The notes: generated by a model not told the origin, from the letters alone. A DNA stretch of 64,000 nucleotides from Candidatus Helarchaeota archaeon (GCA_019058315.1 JAHPZH010000001.1:1420685-1484684); one strand, 5' to 3'. Positions 1 to 10,535 are shown, numbered from the stretch's first letter. Numbers and translations are program-made.

Positions 1-1162
1 ATATAATAAAATAAGGCCCACTTAGATAGAGGACCAGTCGAAAAGGTTGTCCTTTAATTAGATTTGTATCAGGAATAAAACGTTCTGGGTGAGCACCAAT
101 TATAAAACTACTAACAATCCTAGTTTGACCAATTTGGTTATAACCCACAATATGTGGAACCTCTTGTACGATATATTCCATAACTAACCGTGGATCAATT
201 ACAATACCCCGTATAGATAAAAAATTTGAAATTACAGTAGAATTTAGGAGATACTTATTCCTTGTGTAATTTAAATTTGAGCGAAAATGCATTTGATATA
301 AGACCATTCGGCCAGTATATTGAAAAACAACATCTTTATGACCAACCACAACAATATTTTCTCCATAAGCGGCTTTTTGGTTATCTATTATGGTCTGTTT
401 GAATAAAATTGAGCCCATTAGTGAAACAGAAATTAATATCATTCCCATTAGAATATTCAGGAATAATCGATCTGATTTTTTTCTTTGACGTTTAATGTTT
501 CTTTTTGCGAAATTGTATGCAAGTCCAAATCTGAACCTTCGAGATTTTGTTTTTTTAGGTTTAAATAATTTTTCTTCTAGTTCAACCTCATCTGATAATA
601 ATTTCGTTACACTTTTCCCATAAGTAAATATTACCTGTAATCCGCCAAATAACCAAGATAAAAATATGAAGAGAATAAATTGGGATATTATTCCCCATAT
701 CGGGAAATTATTACTGATGAAATACATCGATTTCATAAAAAAATAAAAAATTTCATATCCTAAAAATCCGAAAATCATTCCCAAAATAACTCCTATTATT
801 GCGATAATTAGAATTTCCCATAATAATACCGATTTAATAGTTTCTGGGATCCCTCCAATTGCTTTTATTGTTCCAATCTCTTTTTGCCTGCTTATTATCA
901 TTCCAGAAAAGATATTAAAGAAAATAAAGAATCCACTTATAAAACTCATTACAATTATGAGAAAATTATAACTCGCAATAAATTGAAACAACCAGTTAGA
1001 AGAATTCATATTGAATAAATCATATTCAAAATTCGCTCCTAAAATAAGTAAAAAAGTGATCAAACCATTTATTATAATAAGAGTTATAAGTGCGGCTTTA
1101 ATTTCAGTCCATCTATGACTAAAATCCCGCTTTATATATTGCCTAACATTCACATTAACCAC
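1..1162 (-). CDS. ABC transporter permease (FtsX/MacB-like), runs off the window start
   Basis: Not in the ORF track. Hand translation from GTG at 1162 (or 1153) gives hydrophobic helices and the FtsX motif RQKEIGTIKAIGG; lies directly downstream of the ABC ATPase. Confidence 0.85.
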   Translation of the reverse strand, partial: MVNVNVRQYIKRDFSHRWTEIKAALITLIIINGLITFLLILGANFEYDLFNMNSSNWLFQFIASYNFLIIVMSFISGFFIFFNIFSGMIISRQKEIGTIKAIGGIPETIKSVLLWEILIIAIIGVILGMIFGFLGYEIFYFFMKSMYFISNNFPIWGIISQFILFIFLSWLFGGLQVIFTYGKSVTKLLSDEVELEEKLFKPKKTKSRRFRFGLAYNFAKRNIKRQRKKSDRLFLNILMGMILISVSLMGSILFKQTIIDNQKAAYGENIVVVGHKDVVFQYTGRMVLYQMHFRSNLNYTRNKYLLNSTVISNFLSIRGIVIDPRLVMEYIVQEVPHIVGYNQIGQTRIVSSFIIGAHPERFIPDTNLIKGQPFRLVLYLSGPYFII

Positions 1163-1186
1163 AAAAATTTAAAAATTATCTATTTT

Positions 1187-1894
1187 TTAAAAAAGATTTT
1201 CTAAAAGTGAAGATGGCTTTTCCGTTTTCATTTCACCTTCATATAAATACATAGTTCTGTCTGCCAATTTCAAAATTTGTTGATTATGAGTTACTACAAT
1301 TATAGTTTTTTCTTTGGATTTTAAATTATTAAGTAATAAAATAATATTTTCCGAATTTTGTTTATCCAAATTAGCTGTAGGTTCATCTGCTAGAATTATT
1401 GGTGGATCATTAACCAGAGCTCGTGCAAATGATATACGACGTTGTTCACCATTACTTAATTGGGAGGGTAAATGTTCTGACCGTTCTGCAAGATTTACTA
1501 GATTTAACATTTTTAAAGCACGCCTTTTAATCCGCTCTTCCCCAAATTCAAGTAAGAATAAGGGCAGCTCTATATTTTCTCTTGCGGTAAATGTAGAAAT
1601 TAAGTTATAATCTTGAAAAACAATTCCTATATTCAAAGCTCTGTAAAGAGTCATTCTTTCTTCATTTAAAGTTGAATATTTTTTGCCAGAAACTATAATT
1701 TCTCCCGAATCAGGTTTATCTAATCCTGCAATCATATTTAATAATGTAGTTTTCCCAGCTCCGCTTGGACCACTTATGACTAAAAATTCTCCTTCTCTAA
1801 TTTTTAAATTAATATCTTTTAAAGCTGTAATTTTATTTGAATGGATTGTATAACTCTTATTTATATCAGTTAATTTTATAATATCTTCTGCCAA
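1187..1894 (-). CDS. ABC transporter ATP-binding protein (LolD/MacB family)
   Basis: Walker A GPSGAGKT, signature LSNGEQRR, Walker B ILADEPTANLD, H-loop VVTH. Confidence 0.95.
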   Translation of the reverse strand: MAEDIIKLTDINKSYTIHSNKITALKDINLKIREGEFLVISGPSGAGKTTLLNMIAGLDKPDSGEIIVSGKKYSTLNEERMTLYRALNIGIVFQDYNLISTFTARENIELPLFLLEFGEERIKRRALKMLNLVNLAERSEHLPSQLSNGEQRRISFARALVNDPPIILADEPTANLDKQNSENIILLLNNLKSKEKTIIVVTHNQQILKLADRTMYLYEGEMKTEKPSSLLENLF

Positions 1895-1931
1895 GATTGT
1901 AAAAACTCCAAAAAATTAGAAATACCGGTAT

Positions 1932-2810
1932 TTAACTAATAAAATTTATTTCATCACCTTGAATTCCTATTGTTTTCAGTATTTCCTCTGCTTCATTAAT
2001 TATATTTTTTACTAAATCCTCAGCTGAAATTATTTTATTAATTATTCCCGCTGCCATAGAAATAGGACTCATTTTTGGACGATCTGACTCAAAATGACAA
2101 ACGGATTTAATCATTTTTGGATCAAAAGAATCTGCTTCAATAATATTCTGTTTCCAATTATTATCAATTGGGCTTTCTTTAGTAGCAAGAAATGCTGTAC
2201 ATAAATGAACAGCTTGTGCACCCAAGATTAACGAAGCTAAAAATCCTTTTCCATCACTAATTCCTCCCGAAGCTATGAAAGGAATATTAATTAATCTATT
2301 TGCATTGACCATATTAATGAGAAAGGTGTTCTGTTTCGGATTTTTAAGACCGCCGCCTTCGAGTCCAGTTAATATTATTGCATCAGCACCCATCTTAACC
2401 CCACTTAAAGCATGTTTCATTGTGGTTACTTTATGAATCCAATTCATACCATATTCTCTAGATTCTTTGCCAAAAGCCTCTATTCGGCCTGCAGCTGTAA
2501 TTATTGTTTTTACTCCCTCTTCATTTAATATCTCAAGATATCTATAAAATGGATGTGTGAGTTCTATTTTACCAGGCGCTGTAAAATTTACTCCGAATGG
2601 ATTATTTGTAATATTTTTAATTTTCAATATTGCATCCCTGAAATCGTCTTCGCTTTTAAAATAAGAAGCTGTTAAGATACCAAAGCCACCAGCTTTACTT
2701 ACTGCAGCTGCTAATTCTGTATCATCATGTCTTGCAAATGCGCCCAAGATTATGGGATATTTGCATCCTAACATTTCAGTGATTTTTGTTTTCCATTTCA
2801 AGTTTGTCAC
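1932..2810 (-). CDS. Nitronate monooxygenase / FabK-like FMN-dependent TIM-barrel oxidoreductase
   Basis: LGCKYPII, AAAVSKAGGFG, PFGVN, IASGGISDGKG, LGAQAVHLCTAFLATKES. Confidence 0.88.
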   Translation of the reverse strand: MTNLKWKTKITEMLGCKYPIILGAFARHDDTELAAAVSKAGGFGILTASYFKSEDDFRDAILKIKNITNNPFGVNFTAPGKIELTHPFYRYLEILNEEGVKTIITAAGRIEAFGKESREYGMNWIHKVTTMKHALSGVKMGADAIILTGLEGGGLKNPKQNTFLINMVNANRLINIPFIASGGISDGKGFLASLILGAQAVHLCTAFLATKESPIDNNWKQNIIEADSFDPKMIKSVCHFESDRPKMSPISMAAGIINKIISAEDLVKNIINEAEEILKTIGIQGDEINFIS

Positions 2811-2837
2811 CTTTTAAAAAAAAATAGAAAAGAAATA

Positions 2838-3731
2838 TTAGATCATTTTTGCACTTTTTAATCCTTTTATGTACCAATCGCCAAACATATTGGAAAATGC
2901 TTCCAGCTCTTGTTCACTTGCTTCTGTAAATACTTTTTTTAATTCAATTTTCACTGCGTTAATCATACCTTCTGTAGTTGGATTTTCCTTCCATTTGGAG
3001 ATCAATAATTTTTTCCAGTAATCATAGAATTTCTTTGCTTCATCTGGAAATTTTTTTGCTAGATCTTCTGTTAAACAGCCAAAATGTGCGGGAGAAAGTG
3101 TTATATAATCGATTTTTTTAACTTTGTCAATTGATGCAAGCAATTTCTTTTCAGAAAATTCCGGGGGCATTAATGGAGCCATCATGAGATCTTCAGCGGG
3201 TTTGTAGCCTAAAGAATCACCTAAAAATAAATTTTTATTCTTTTGATCAAGAATAGCAATACAACAATTTGTATGACCTGGAGTTTCAAAAATCTTTAAT
3301 TCTATGCCTCCTATATCAATAATATCATTTTCTTTTAAAGGAGTAACATCTTCTATGGGCTTTAATTTTGAAACAAATTCTGAAAATCCTCCATTAAATT
3401 CTTGTTGATTTTTAAGTGATTCCAAACCCTTATTGGAAGCCATTATTTCGAGTTTTGGTAACTTTTTTTTAATTTTATTTGTTCCTCCACTATGATCCCA
3501 GTGAGAATGAGTTAGAATAAGAATATCAGGTATTAAATTCAAGTCTTCTAATTTTTTAACTATTCCTCTGGCTTCCGAGGGCCCTGAAGCATCAATTAAT
3601 ACTTTCTTTTTTGTCCCAACGACCAAATAGCAAGCCATACTTTGCTCTCTACCAAATAGCATTGAGTCAATTAAATAAGTGTCGTCGTTTATTTTTCCTT
3701 CTTCTTTTATCCATCCCAATCTAAACACCAA
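2838..3731 (-). CDS. Metallo-beta-lactamase fold hydrolase
   Basis: THSHWDHSG, TPGHT, LFLGD and PAHFG metal-ligand motifs. Confidence 0.92.
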   Translation of the reverse strand: MVFRLGWIKEEGKINDDTYLIDSMLFGREQSMACYLVVGTKKKVLIDASGPSEARGIVKKLEDLNLIPDILILTHSHWDHSGGTNKIKKKLPKLEIMASNKGLESLKNQQEFNGGFSEFVSKLKPIEDVTPLKENDIIDIGGIELKIFETPGHTNCCIAILDQKNKNLFLGDSLGYKPAEDLMMAPLMPPEFSEKKLLASIDKVKKIDYITLSPAHFGCLTEDLAKKFPDEAKKFYDYWKKLLISKWKENPTTEGMINAVKIELKKVFTEASEQELEAFSNMFGDWYIKGLKSAKMI

Positions 3732-3738
3732 ATTTTAT

Positions 3739-3972
3739 TTAATGAGTTAAAATATGTTCTTCTAATATTTTAGCTTGATCTTTAACATGTTTTTTAAGAA
3801 TATTTATTATTTGGTTTCTTAGTTTATCATGAGAAATTTGACATTGTTTGGGGATTTCCATAGATTTTCTAGCTATCTTTGAAGTATTTTCAGTAATTTG
3901 TAACGTTTCGGCAGCAATTATGCTGTTTAATAATATGAGATCTTTTAATAATTCTTTAATATCATCTGACAT
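3739..3972 (-). CDS. Hypothetical helical protein (77 aa)
   Basis: ATG start, tightly packed between co-oriented genes (7-10 bp gaps). Confidence 0.75.
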   Translation of the reverse strand: MSDDIKELLKDLILLNSIIAAETLQITENTSKIARKSMEIPKQCQISHDKLRNQIINILKKHVKDQAKILEEHILTH

Positions 3973-3982
3973 TTTTATTCAG

Positions 3983-4549
3983 CTATTTATTTAATTGCAA
4001 CACTAAAGATTCTACTTTTTTTGCCAAATTTATGACGGTTTTTAACCCGATTTCATCTTTTTCAGCAGGTTCGTGAGCTAAACCTCCAAAATGAGCAGTT
4101 TCCTGATCACTAACAATAAGACATTCATGAACTAAGAATGCACTTTGTATCGATCTGGCAACTAATTCCTGACCACCATTTCTAGAACGACCTACAGCTA
4201 TAACTCCAACTACTTTATTTCTTAATGCCATTTTATGACGTCTTAATACTAAAGTACGGTCAATTAAAGCTTTACATTGAGCAGTCATATTTCCAAAATA
4301 TACTGGACTTCCAATAATTAACCCATTACAGTTTCGTAAAGATGGATAAATTTTCTGCATATCATCTTGGATAGTACATTCCGGCTTTTCTTTACAAGCA
4401 TCACAACTTGTACAAGGTTTTACCTCTAGTTCAGCCAAGGAAATAAACTTGGTTTCACAATTTTTAATATTCTCTAAAGCTTTTTTAATTAAAAATTCGG
4501 TATTTTTATTCTTACGAGGACTTGTTGAAATTCCTAAAATTTTAGCCAT
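3983..4549 (-). CDS. Iron-sulfur flavoprotein / NADPH-dependent FMN reductase (flavodoxin fold)
   Basis: SPRKNKNT FMN loop, CTSCDACxxxxxC Fe-S motif, GSPVYFG, RNGGQE. Confidence 0.92.
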   Translation of the reverse strand: MAKILGISTSPRKNKNTEFLIKKALENIKNCETKFISLAELEVKPCTSCDACKEKPECTIQDDMQKIYPSLRNCNGLIIGSPVYFGNMTAQCKALIDRTLVLRRHKMALRNKVVGVIAVGRSRNGGQELVARSIQSAFLVHECLIVSDQETAHFGGLAHEPAEKDEIGLKTVINLAKKVESLVLQLNK

Positions 4550-4687
4550 TAATATTTCACCCTTAAATGTTTTAATTCAAATTACTGTCAATTAATTTAT
4601 AATTGTATTTCTAATTTAGATGATAACAAATAGTGTTTTACAAAAAAAAGGCTCTAAAAAATTTTTAAAATAAAAAATTAGAATTTC

Positions 4688-5476
4688 TTAACTTTTTAAT
4701 AAATCCATAGCAACTTTTGCGGCTTGTTTTCCACTAATGAGCATACCTCCAAAAATAGGACCCATTCGAGGGGAACCAAGAACTGCATTTGCTGCCATTC
4801 CAGCTACAATTAAACCGGGATAAACCTCGACCGTATTTTCGACAAGAGCTTTTTCTCCTATATCTGCCCACATAGGTAACTCTCCAACTATCTTACCCGT
4901 TTTTGTTTTTAATTGTGCTCCAGGTATTTTATTAAGCACTACATTACAGACCTCTGCAGCATGGCCAGTAGCATCAATTACTAATTTTGCTCGGATTGTT
5001 ATAGGGTCCACATGCAATTTAGCTAATTCAACTGCACTCCAATTAAGTACGAGACCTGTTATCCGTTTATCCTCTCCTCTTATCATAACATCTTCTACTG
5101 AAATTAGATTAAAAATTTTTGCACCTGCATCACATGCACCAGATGTAATTTTTGCTACAGATTCTACAGAATTTGCATAATAATAATTGGGCACATATTG
5201 TTCTGTTTTAATGTTATATTCTTCTAATATTTCTTTGCCTTCTTTTTGTACAACAATCAGAGGAAACATAGCACCGCCGCCCCACATTCCTCCACCTACA
5301 GATAACTTGCGTTCGAATATTACAGTTTTTACATTATTTTCTGCAAGTTCTTTAGCAGCGACCATTCCTGCGGGTCCAGCACCTGCTATGGCAACATCAA
5401 CATCGGTATATTCCACAAATAACTTCGTAAAGTTCTCGATTATCGCTTTAGTAATGACTACTTCATCTAATTTCAT
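4688..5476 (-). CDS. thi4: Sulfide-dependent adenosine diphosphate thiazole synthase (non-Cys Thi4)
   Basis: GAGPAG, GGGMWGG, HVDP (His at the position of the suicide Cys), DATGH, RMGPIFGGMLISG. Confidence 0.95.
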   Translation of the reverse strand: MKLDEVVITKAIIENFTKLFVEYTDVDVAIAGAGPAGMVAAKELAENNVKTVIFERKLSVGGGMWGGGAMFPLIVVQKEGKEILEEYNIKTEQYVPNYYYANSVESVAKITSGACDAGAKIFNLISVEDVMIRGEDKRITGLVLNWSAVELAKLHVDPITIRAKLVIDATGHAAEVCNVVLNKIPGAQLKTKTGKIVGELPMWADIGEKALVENTVEVYPGLIVAGMAANAVLGSPRMGPIFGGMLISGKQAAKVAMDLLKS

Positions 5477-5665
5477 ATTCGATCAGACTCAATTATAGAT
5501 TTATTTCTTTTGAATTATAAACAAATTTGCTCTTATAATAAAACTTAATAAATATAATTTTAAATTGTCCTTTAAGGAGTGAATATCATACTTTTGATTT
5601 AATTATTAAGATAATATCGAATCATAAAATTGAATTCAAAAATATTGTTATATGTGGGACAATAA

Positions 5666-7522
5666 ATGAGAAAAGGTTTTTTATTGGGTGGAATAGGTAA
5701 TTTAATTTATTTAATAATAACTCCAATTTATGTCTTTTTACGTCATACAACCTACTTTTCTTTAGGGGGTTTAAATATTTTTATTAACTTTGATTATGAT
5801 AATTCTCTTCATCTATTTTATTTTATTATAGGTATTAGTATATTTTTAATGGGATTTGGACACCTTGAATTTTTCAATGAGAATCGTATCGAGATTTCAC
5901 GCTCTACTTTTATTTTTTCTTTGATAATAGTTGTTTTTTCAATTTTTTATCATCCTAAACTAATAAATCCTATCTCAATTGATTATAGACTTTTTGATTT
6001 TATTGTATTATTTGCATCTAACACTTTAATGGCATTTTTTTTCCTATTTTCTGCTGCAAGTTTAATTAAAAATCGGGAATTTGGGAAAAATGAAACCATT
6101 ATTCTAACAAATGGATTATTTATTTTGATTTTAAGCTGCATTTGTGAACTATTATCCATTATTAATTTCATTATTTCATTAGATTTTTATTTTACAAGAG
6201 CAGGAATATCAAATCAATTATTTTTATTTATGTTGTGGACCGGTTCAACTGATCCTCATGTTTTTCCAATTTACACTTTATTTTATTTCACAACTGTCTA
6301 TGGTGCAACTTTTCCAAATATTGCTACTTATTTCCTCATTTGGTTTTTCTCATTAATACCCTTAGGATTTCTAGGAATTTTAACTGCATATAATTTCTTT
6401 AAAGAAATAGTAACAACTGGAATTTATAACAAGAACAAGGAAAAAATTAAACAAGAATTATTATTAGAGCTTAGAGAAGCGTCAAATAGATATAGTGGGA
6501 CAACTTTGGAGGCTTTAAAATCAAAGACAGGATATAATAAATCATATTTAAGTTCATTAATCAAAGAAATGATATCTGAAGGAATTTTTCAAGGGGTTAT
6601 TAGAAGAAATATTATATCTTTTGAAACTAGATATAAAACTCCATCTCGTTTAATTAAAAAAACACCAATAAAAGATTTTGATAAAGTGATAGCATCTGAA
6701 CATGTTGGTATTAAAGCATTTAGAGGTGGCGAAATTCAAGGAAGAACATATATTTATAAAATAAAAGTCGAAAATAATACGAAATATAACATTACAGATT
6801 TAATATTTCAAATTGTTTCTTATCCAGAAGATAGTATCGAATTACTGGGGGAACCTTATGATGAAGTTTCGAAATTGGATGTAGGAGGTTTTGTAAGTCC
6901 AACTTTTGAATTCGTACCAACTAGAGATTGTATTATGGGAACTATTCATTCGACAGTCACTTATATTGATCATTTAAATAAACCTCATACAATAAATGTT
7001 GAACCATTTACAATCTCTTTAGTTTGTGGTCTATTAAGAGCAAAAGAAATTGATATTAATGAATTTACCAGAATTACCGAAGAATTATTGGATTTTGAAA
7101 AAACTGGTGAAGAGATAAAAATACCCTATAATTCCAAATTGATATTTGATAAATTAAAGATTTTATTACCTGATTACAACTTCTGGTTTGTTACAAAACC
7201 GGAATATCGAATCCTTGGAGATATGTTTATTGGAGAATTTAATGGTTTTGCAGAAGGCAAGTATAATAAGAAGGGTGTTGGACTAAAAATTACTATTACA
7301 GGGAAGGTTGATAGTGATTTTTGTATGGGATTGATTGAAGTTTATGCTCAAGACAATGCAATGCTCCCGCCTTTAATTTCCGAATTAAGTAAAAAGATTA
7401 TTATTTGGAGCTGTAAAGAATGTAATGCTCCAATTGATAAAGAAGCTGTTGAAAAATTATTAAGAAATCAACCTATTGAATGTAAATACTGTGGATTTGT
7501 GATTACAAAATTATTAATCTAG
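5666..7522 (+). CDS. Multi-pass membrane protein with PCI/wHTH-like domain, adaptin-appendage-like domain and C-terminal zinc ribbon
   Basis: About 6 hydrophobic segments in aa 1-245; winged helix ending LIKEMISEGIFQGVI; beta-sandwich YKIKVENNT...SPTFEFVPTRDC followed by an alpha/beta platform; CKEC...CKYC. Confidence 0.7.
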   Translation: MRKGFLLGGIGNLIYLIITPIYVFLRHTTYFSLGGLNIFINFDYDNSLHLFYFIIGISIFLMGFGHLEFFNENRIEISRSTFIFSLIIVVFSIFYHPKLINPISIDYRLFDFIVLFASNTLMAFFFLFSAASLIKNREFGKNETIILTNGLFILILSCICELLSIINFIISLDFYFTRAGISNQLFLFMLWTGSTDPHVFPIYTLFYFTTVYGATFPNIATYFLIWFFSLIPLGFLGILTAYNFFKEIVTTGIYNKNKEKIKQELLLELREASNRYSGTTLEALKSKTGYNKSYLSSLIKEMISEGIFQGVIRRNIISFETRYKTPSRLIKKTPIKDFDKVIASEHVGIKAFRGGEIQGRTYIYKIKVENNTKYNITDLIFQIVSYPEDSIELLGEPYDEVSKLDVGGFVSPTFEFVPTRDCIMGTIHSTVTYIDHLNKPHTINVEPFTISLVCGLLRAKEIDINEFTRITEELLDFEKTGEEIKIPYNSKLIFDKLKILLPDYNFWFVTKPEYRILGDMFIGEFNGFAEGKYNKKGVGLKITITGKVDSDFCMGLIEVYAQDNAMLPPLISELSKKIIIWSCKECNAPIDKEAVEKLLRNQPIECKYCGFVITKLLI

Positions 7523-7563
7523 CCTATAATAAGCAGTAAAACGAAATATTATTAGATGCCTTT

Positions 7564-8217
7564 TTAGAAATATAGTATTTTAGCAGATTTTAAACTTTGT
7601 TGAATTAAATCATTTATATTAATTTTTGCTTCTATCTCCAGAATTTTATCTAAATTGGCATATGTTACAGGATATTTAGGGTTGGCTGTACAAGAATATG
7701 CCTTTTGAATAGAAGCTTTATAAGTTCCTATTTTTTTAGCGATATTTTCTATTTCTAATTTAAATAATGCTATTAGAGGTTGGATTATTAAAAAATCTCC
7801 AACGGATTCTTTCATTATATATAAGTTCATTGGAGTTTGGCTTGCTTTTTCGCCTAAACTTTCACCAGTCACAATTGCTTTTGCTTCATTTTCTAAAGCA
7901 ATTTCCTTTGCAATCCTATACATCATACGTCTACAAAGTACACAAATATTTCTTCCTGCATTACTTTGCTGTAATTCTTTAATTATCAAATTATGATCAA
8001 TTAAATACGTTTTTATTTGCTCATCAAGAAAATTTGATAAAATTTTAATTATCGCAAATACTCCATTCGCTAATATTTCATCAGAAAGAGGATCAGTTAG
8101 AGATTTATGAAAATGAACTATTAAAGGAATATAACCTTGTTTAATCGTTAAATAACAAGCAACTGGCGAATCCGTTCCACCAGACATTAAGCAAACAAAT
8201 TTTTCTTTATCTTTCAT
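7564..8217 (-). CDS. thiI: ThiI-like PP-loop sulfurtransferase, catalytic domain only (no THUMP domain)
   Basis: SGGTDS PP-loop, CVLCRRMM, TGESLGEKASQT, PLI...K, C-terminal Cys (YSC). Confidence 0.8.
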   Translation of the reverse strand: MKDKEKFVCLMSGGTDSPVACYLTIKQGYIPLIVHFHKSLTDPLSDEILANGVFAIIKILSNFLDEQIKTYLIDHNLIIKELQQSNAGRNICVLCRRMMYRIAKEIALENEAKAIVTGESLGEKASQTPMNLYIMKESVGDFLIIQPLIALFKLEIENIAKKIGTYKASIQKAYSCTANPKYPVTYANLDKILEIEAKININDLIQQSLKSAKILYF

Positions 8218-8327
8218 AACCTCAATCCTTAACTTTAAAATTAAAATTTCGTTTTTTATTACAATTAAGTAAATTTTAAAAATTATCTAATTAAATCTTA
8301 AAAAAATTCAATATAGGTTTTGATTTT

Positions 8328-9134
8328 TTGGATAAAAACATTCAAAAAAAAATTGATGAAGTCCATAAGATTCTAAAAAATAAAAAAGTACTAGTTGCCT
8401 ATTCTGGTGGAGTGGATAGTAGTACAATTTCTAGTTTAGCTAAGGATGTTTGTGATAGAGTTTTTGCAGTTACTGTGTATTCTCAATTAATGACAGAGGA
8501 TGAATTAAAAAATGCCAAAGAAACTGCAAATAAAATGGGCATAGAATGGAAAGTAATAGAACTTAATATATTATCTAACGAAAAATTTGTTGAAAATCCA
8601 CCTGATAGATGTTATTATTGTAAAAAAGAAATTTTAAACGAACTTTTATCTATTGCAAAGGAAGAAGGATTAGATCTTATTATTGATGGAACAAATGCAG
8701 ATGATTTAGAAGATCATAGACCAGGTCATGTAGCGCTTGTAGAATTAAATGTCAGATCTCCACTAGCTGAAGCAGGTATTAGAAAAAATGAAATAAGGGA
8801 AATAGCTAAATCTCGGGGTCTAGATGTTTGGGATCGCCCTTCTTTGGCATGTTTAGCCTCACGTATACCTTATGGGAGGAAAATTACAGAAGAAAAATTA
8901 ACAATAATTGAAAAAGCTGAAAGAGTCATCAAACATAAAGCCCATGTCAAGGTTGTGAGAGTGAGATGCTATGATGATTTAGCAAAAATAGAAATTGGAA
9001 AAAAAGAGATGAAAAATATATTATCTGAAGAAATTTTAAACGATATAACGGATTATTTGAAAAATTTAGGGTTTAAATATGTAACATTGGATTTAGAAGG
9101 ATATAGATCCGGTGCTTTAGATGAAATTCTTTAA
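8328..9134 (+). CDS. larE: LarE-family ATP-dependent sulfur transferase
   Basis: AYSGGVDS, RCYYCK, DGTNADD...RPG, ACLASRIPYG, TLDLEGYRSG. Confidence 0.93.
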   Translation: MDKNIQKKIDEVHKILKNKKVLVAYSGGVDSSTISSLAKDVCDRVFAVTVYSQLMTEDELKNAKETANKMGIEWKVIELNILSNEKFVENPPDRCYYCKKEILNELLSIAKEEGLDLIIDGTNADDLEDHRPGHVALVELNVRSPLAEAGIRKNEIREIAKSRGLDVWDRPSLACLASRIPYGRKITEEKLTIIEKAERVIKHKAHVKVVRVRCYDDLAKIEIGKKEMKNILSEEILNDITDYLKNLGFKYVTLDLEGYRSGALDEIL

Positions 9135-9145
9135 TATTATAAAAT

Positions 9146-10018
9146 TTAAATAAAAGGCTGTGGAGGTTTAATTTCTCCTACAATTAATGCTGAAGGATTT
9201 TTTTTACTCTCTTTTTGTCTAAAATCCAGTAATTTTTGGCCAATTTCAGAAAAAGCTAGAACGGGGATTATTTTTCCATATACTTTTCTAGCCTTTTTAG
9301 CTACTATTTCTCTCATGACTTTAGAACTACATGTCTGTGCAAAATCGAGCTGTAAAATATAAGGAACTATATCCTCGGTAATACCAGTAGAGTGCATTCC
9401 ACAAACTATTGCCTTTGCATTATATTTTTTTTCGAGAGCACGAATTTTTTCTATATCTTTTGCCATTGCTGCTGGAATAGTGACGCCTACTTTTTTATAA
9501 CCTAATTGAAATGCTTTTTCTAAACCAGCTATTTGATCTATTGTGGCATTTTCAGGATCTAGAACAGTTGCACCCAATTCTTTTAATCTAGAAATTACTT
9601 CAGGAATTGGAGTTGTTGAAATAAGGGCATTCATTGCAATTCCAATACCTTGAACTATTTCTGGGTTATTAGTAATAACTGTTCCAGCCCCATCACATGG
9701 TTCTATCATACAATCAATTAAACCATTTTGTAATGCAGTAGTAAATGTTTCAGATGCCCCAAGTCCGACTCCGAAGACCTTTGAGACTAATATCCTATTA
9801 GGAGTACATAAACGGGAAATCGATCTTATTTTATTTTCTAGATGTTTTTTAACTGTTTCTTTTGTATGATAAGTTGTTCCAAGCATGCGTTCATGTAGAG
9901 GACAATATTTTACTAGTGGTTCAGTTTCCACTGCGATCACTTTCTTATTACTCACAATTACTCGAGCTTTGGCTATTTCCCAAACATGTCGATCCTCTTT
10001 TTTAGACAATTGTATCAC
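9146..10018 (-). CDS. DUF2099 family protein (methanogenesis marker protein 8-like)
   Basis: RHVWE...EPLVKYCPL, GASE, CDGAGTVI, PEIVQGIG, AxIDQxAG, CSSK match my recollection of DUF2099. Confidence 0.82.
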   Translation of the reverse strand: MIQLSKKEDRHVWEIAKARVIVSNKKVIAVETEPLVKYCPLHERMLGTTYHTKETVKKHLENKIRSISRLCTPNRILVSKVFGVGLGASETFTTALQNGLIDCMIEPCDGAGTVITNNPEIVQGIGIAMNALISTTPIPEVISRLKELGATVLDPENATIDQIAGLEKAFQLGYKKVGVTIPAAMAKDIEKIRALEKKYNAKAIVCGMHSTGITEDIVPYILQLDFAQTCSSKVMREIVAKKARKVYGKIIPVLAFSEIGQKLLDFRQKESKKNPSALIVGEIKPPQPFI

Positions 10019-10169
10019 TTTAAATTTTAATTAAGTAAAAGAATTTTCACTAATTAGATTGATAAAACTAAATATAACATAGAAATTCTATTTTTAGAAT
10101 TATTTATTACTATGTATAAAATATTTCAATATTATTTTTTATGTAAAATTTCGAGATAATTTAATTAAG

Positions 10170-10499
10170 GTGGTTGAAATCGGGAAAAGGACTTTGTTTA
10201 AAGGAATAATTCGTGGAACTGCAACTTCAAATTTGGAGGGTTGTAGTTTTGTCATGAAAATAGATGATAAGATTGAAGGTATACCAGAAGAATTCGTAGT
10301 TTATTCTACTAGTTTACGATCAGCATATGATTATCAAAGTGGGAGTAATAAAAGAACCTTAAGCACTCAAATTAGACAAGGAGATTCTTTGGTAGTAGAA
10401 GGTGAATTAATTCAAGAATTCTTAGGAAATGAAAATCTTGAACTTATAAGAATGGGAGCGAAACATATCTATAATGTAACGTTGAAATGTGGTTTCTAA
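10170..10499 (+). CDS. Hypothetical protein, possibly OB-fold
   Basis: Beta-rich, IRQGDSLVVEGE pattern typical of OB folds; occupies its own intergenic slot. Confidence 0.6.
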   Translation: MVEIGKRTLFKGIIRGTATSNLEGCSFVMKIDDKIEGIPEEFVVYSTSLRSAYDYQSGSNKRTLSTQIRQGDSLVVEGELIQEFLGNENLELIRMGAKHIYNVTLKCGF

Positions 10500-10535
10500 T
10501 TTTCAATATTTTTAAAAAAACGAACAAAATATTGT

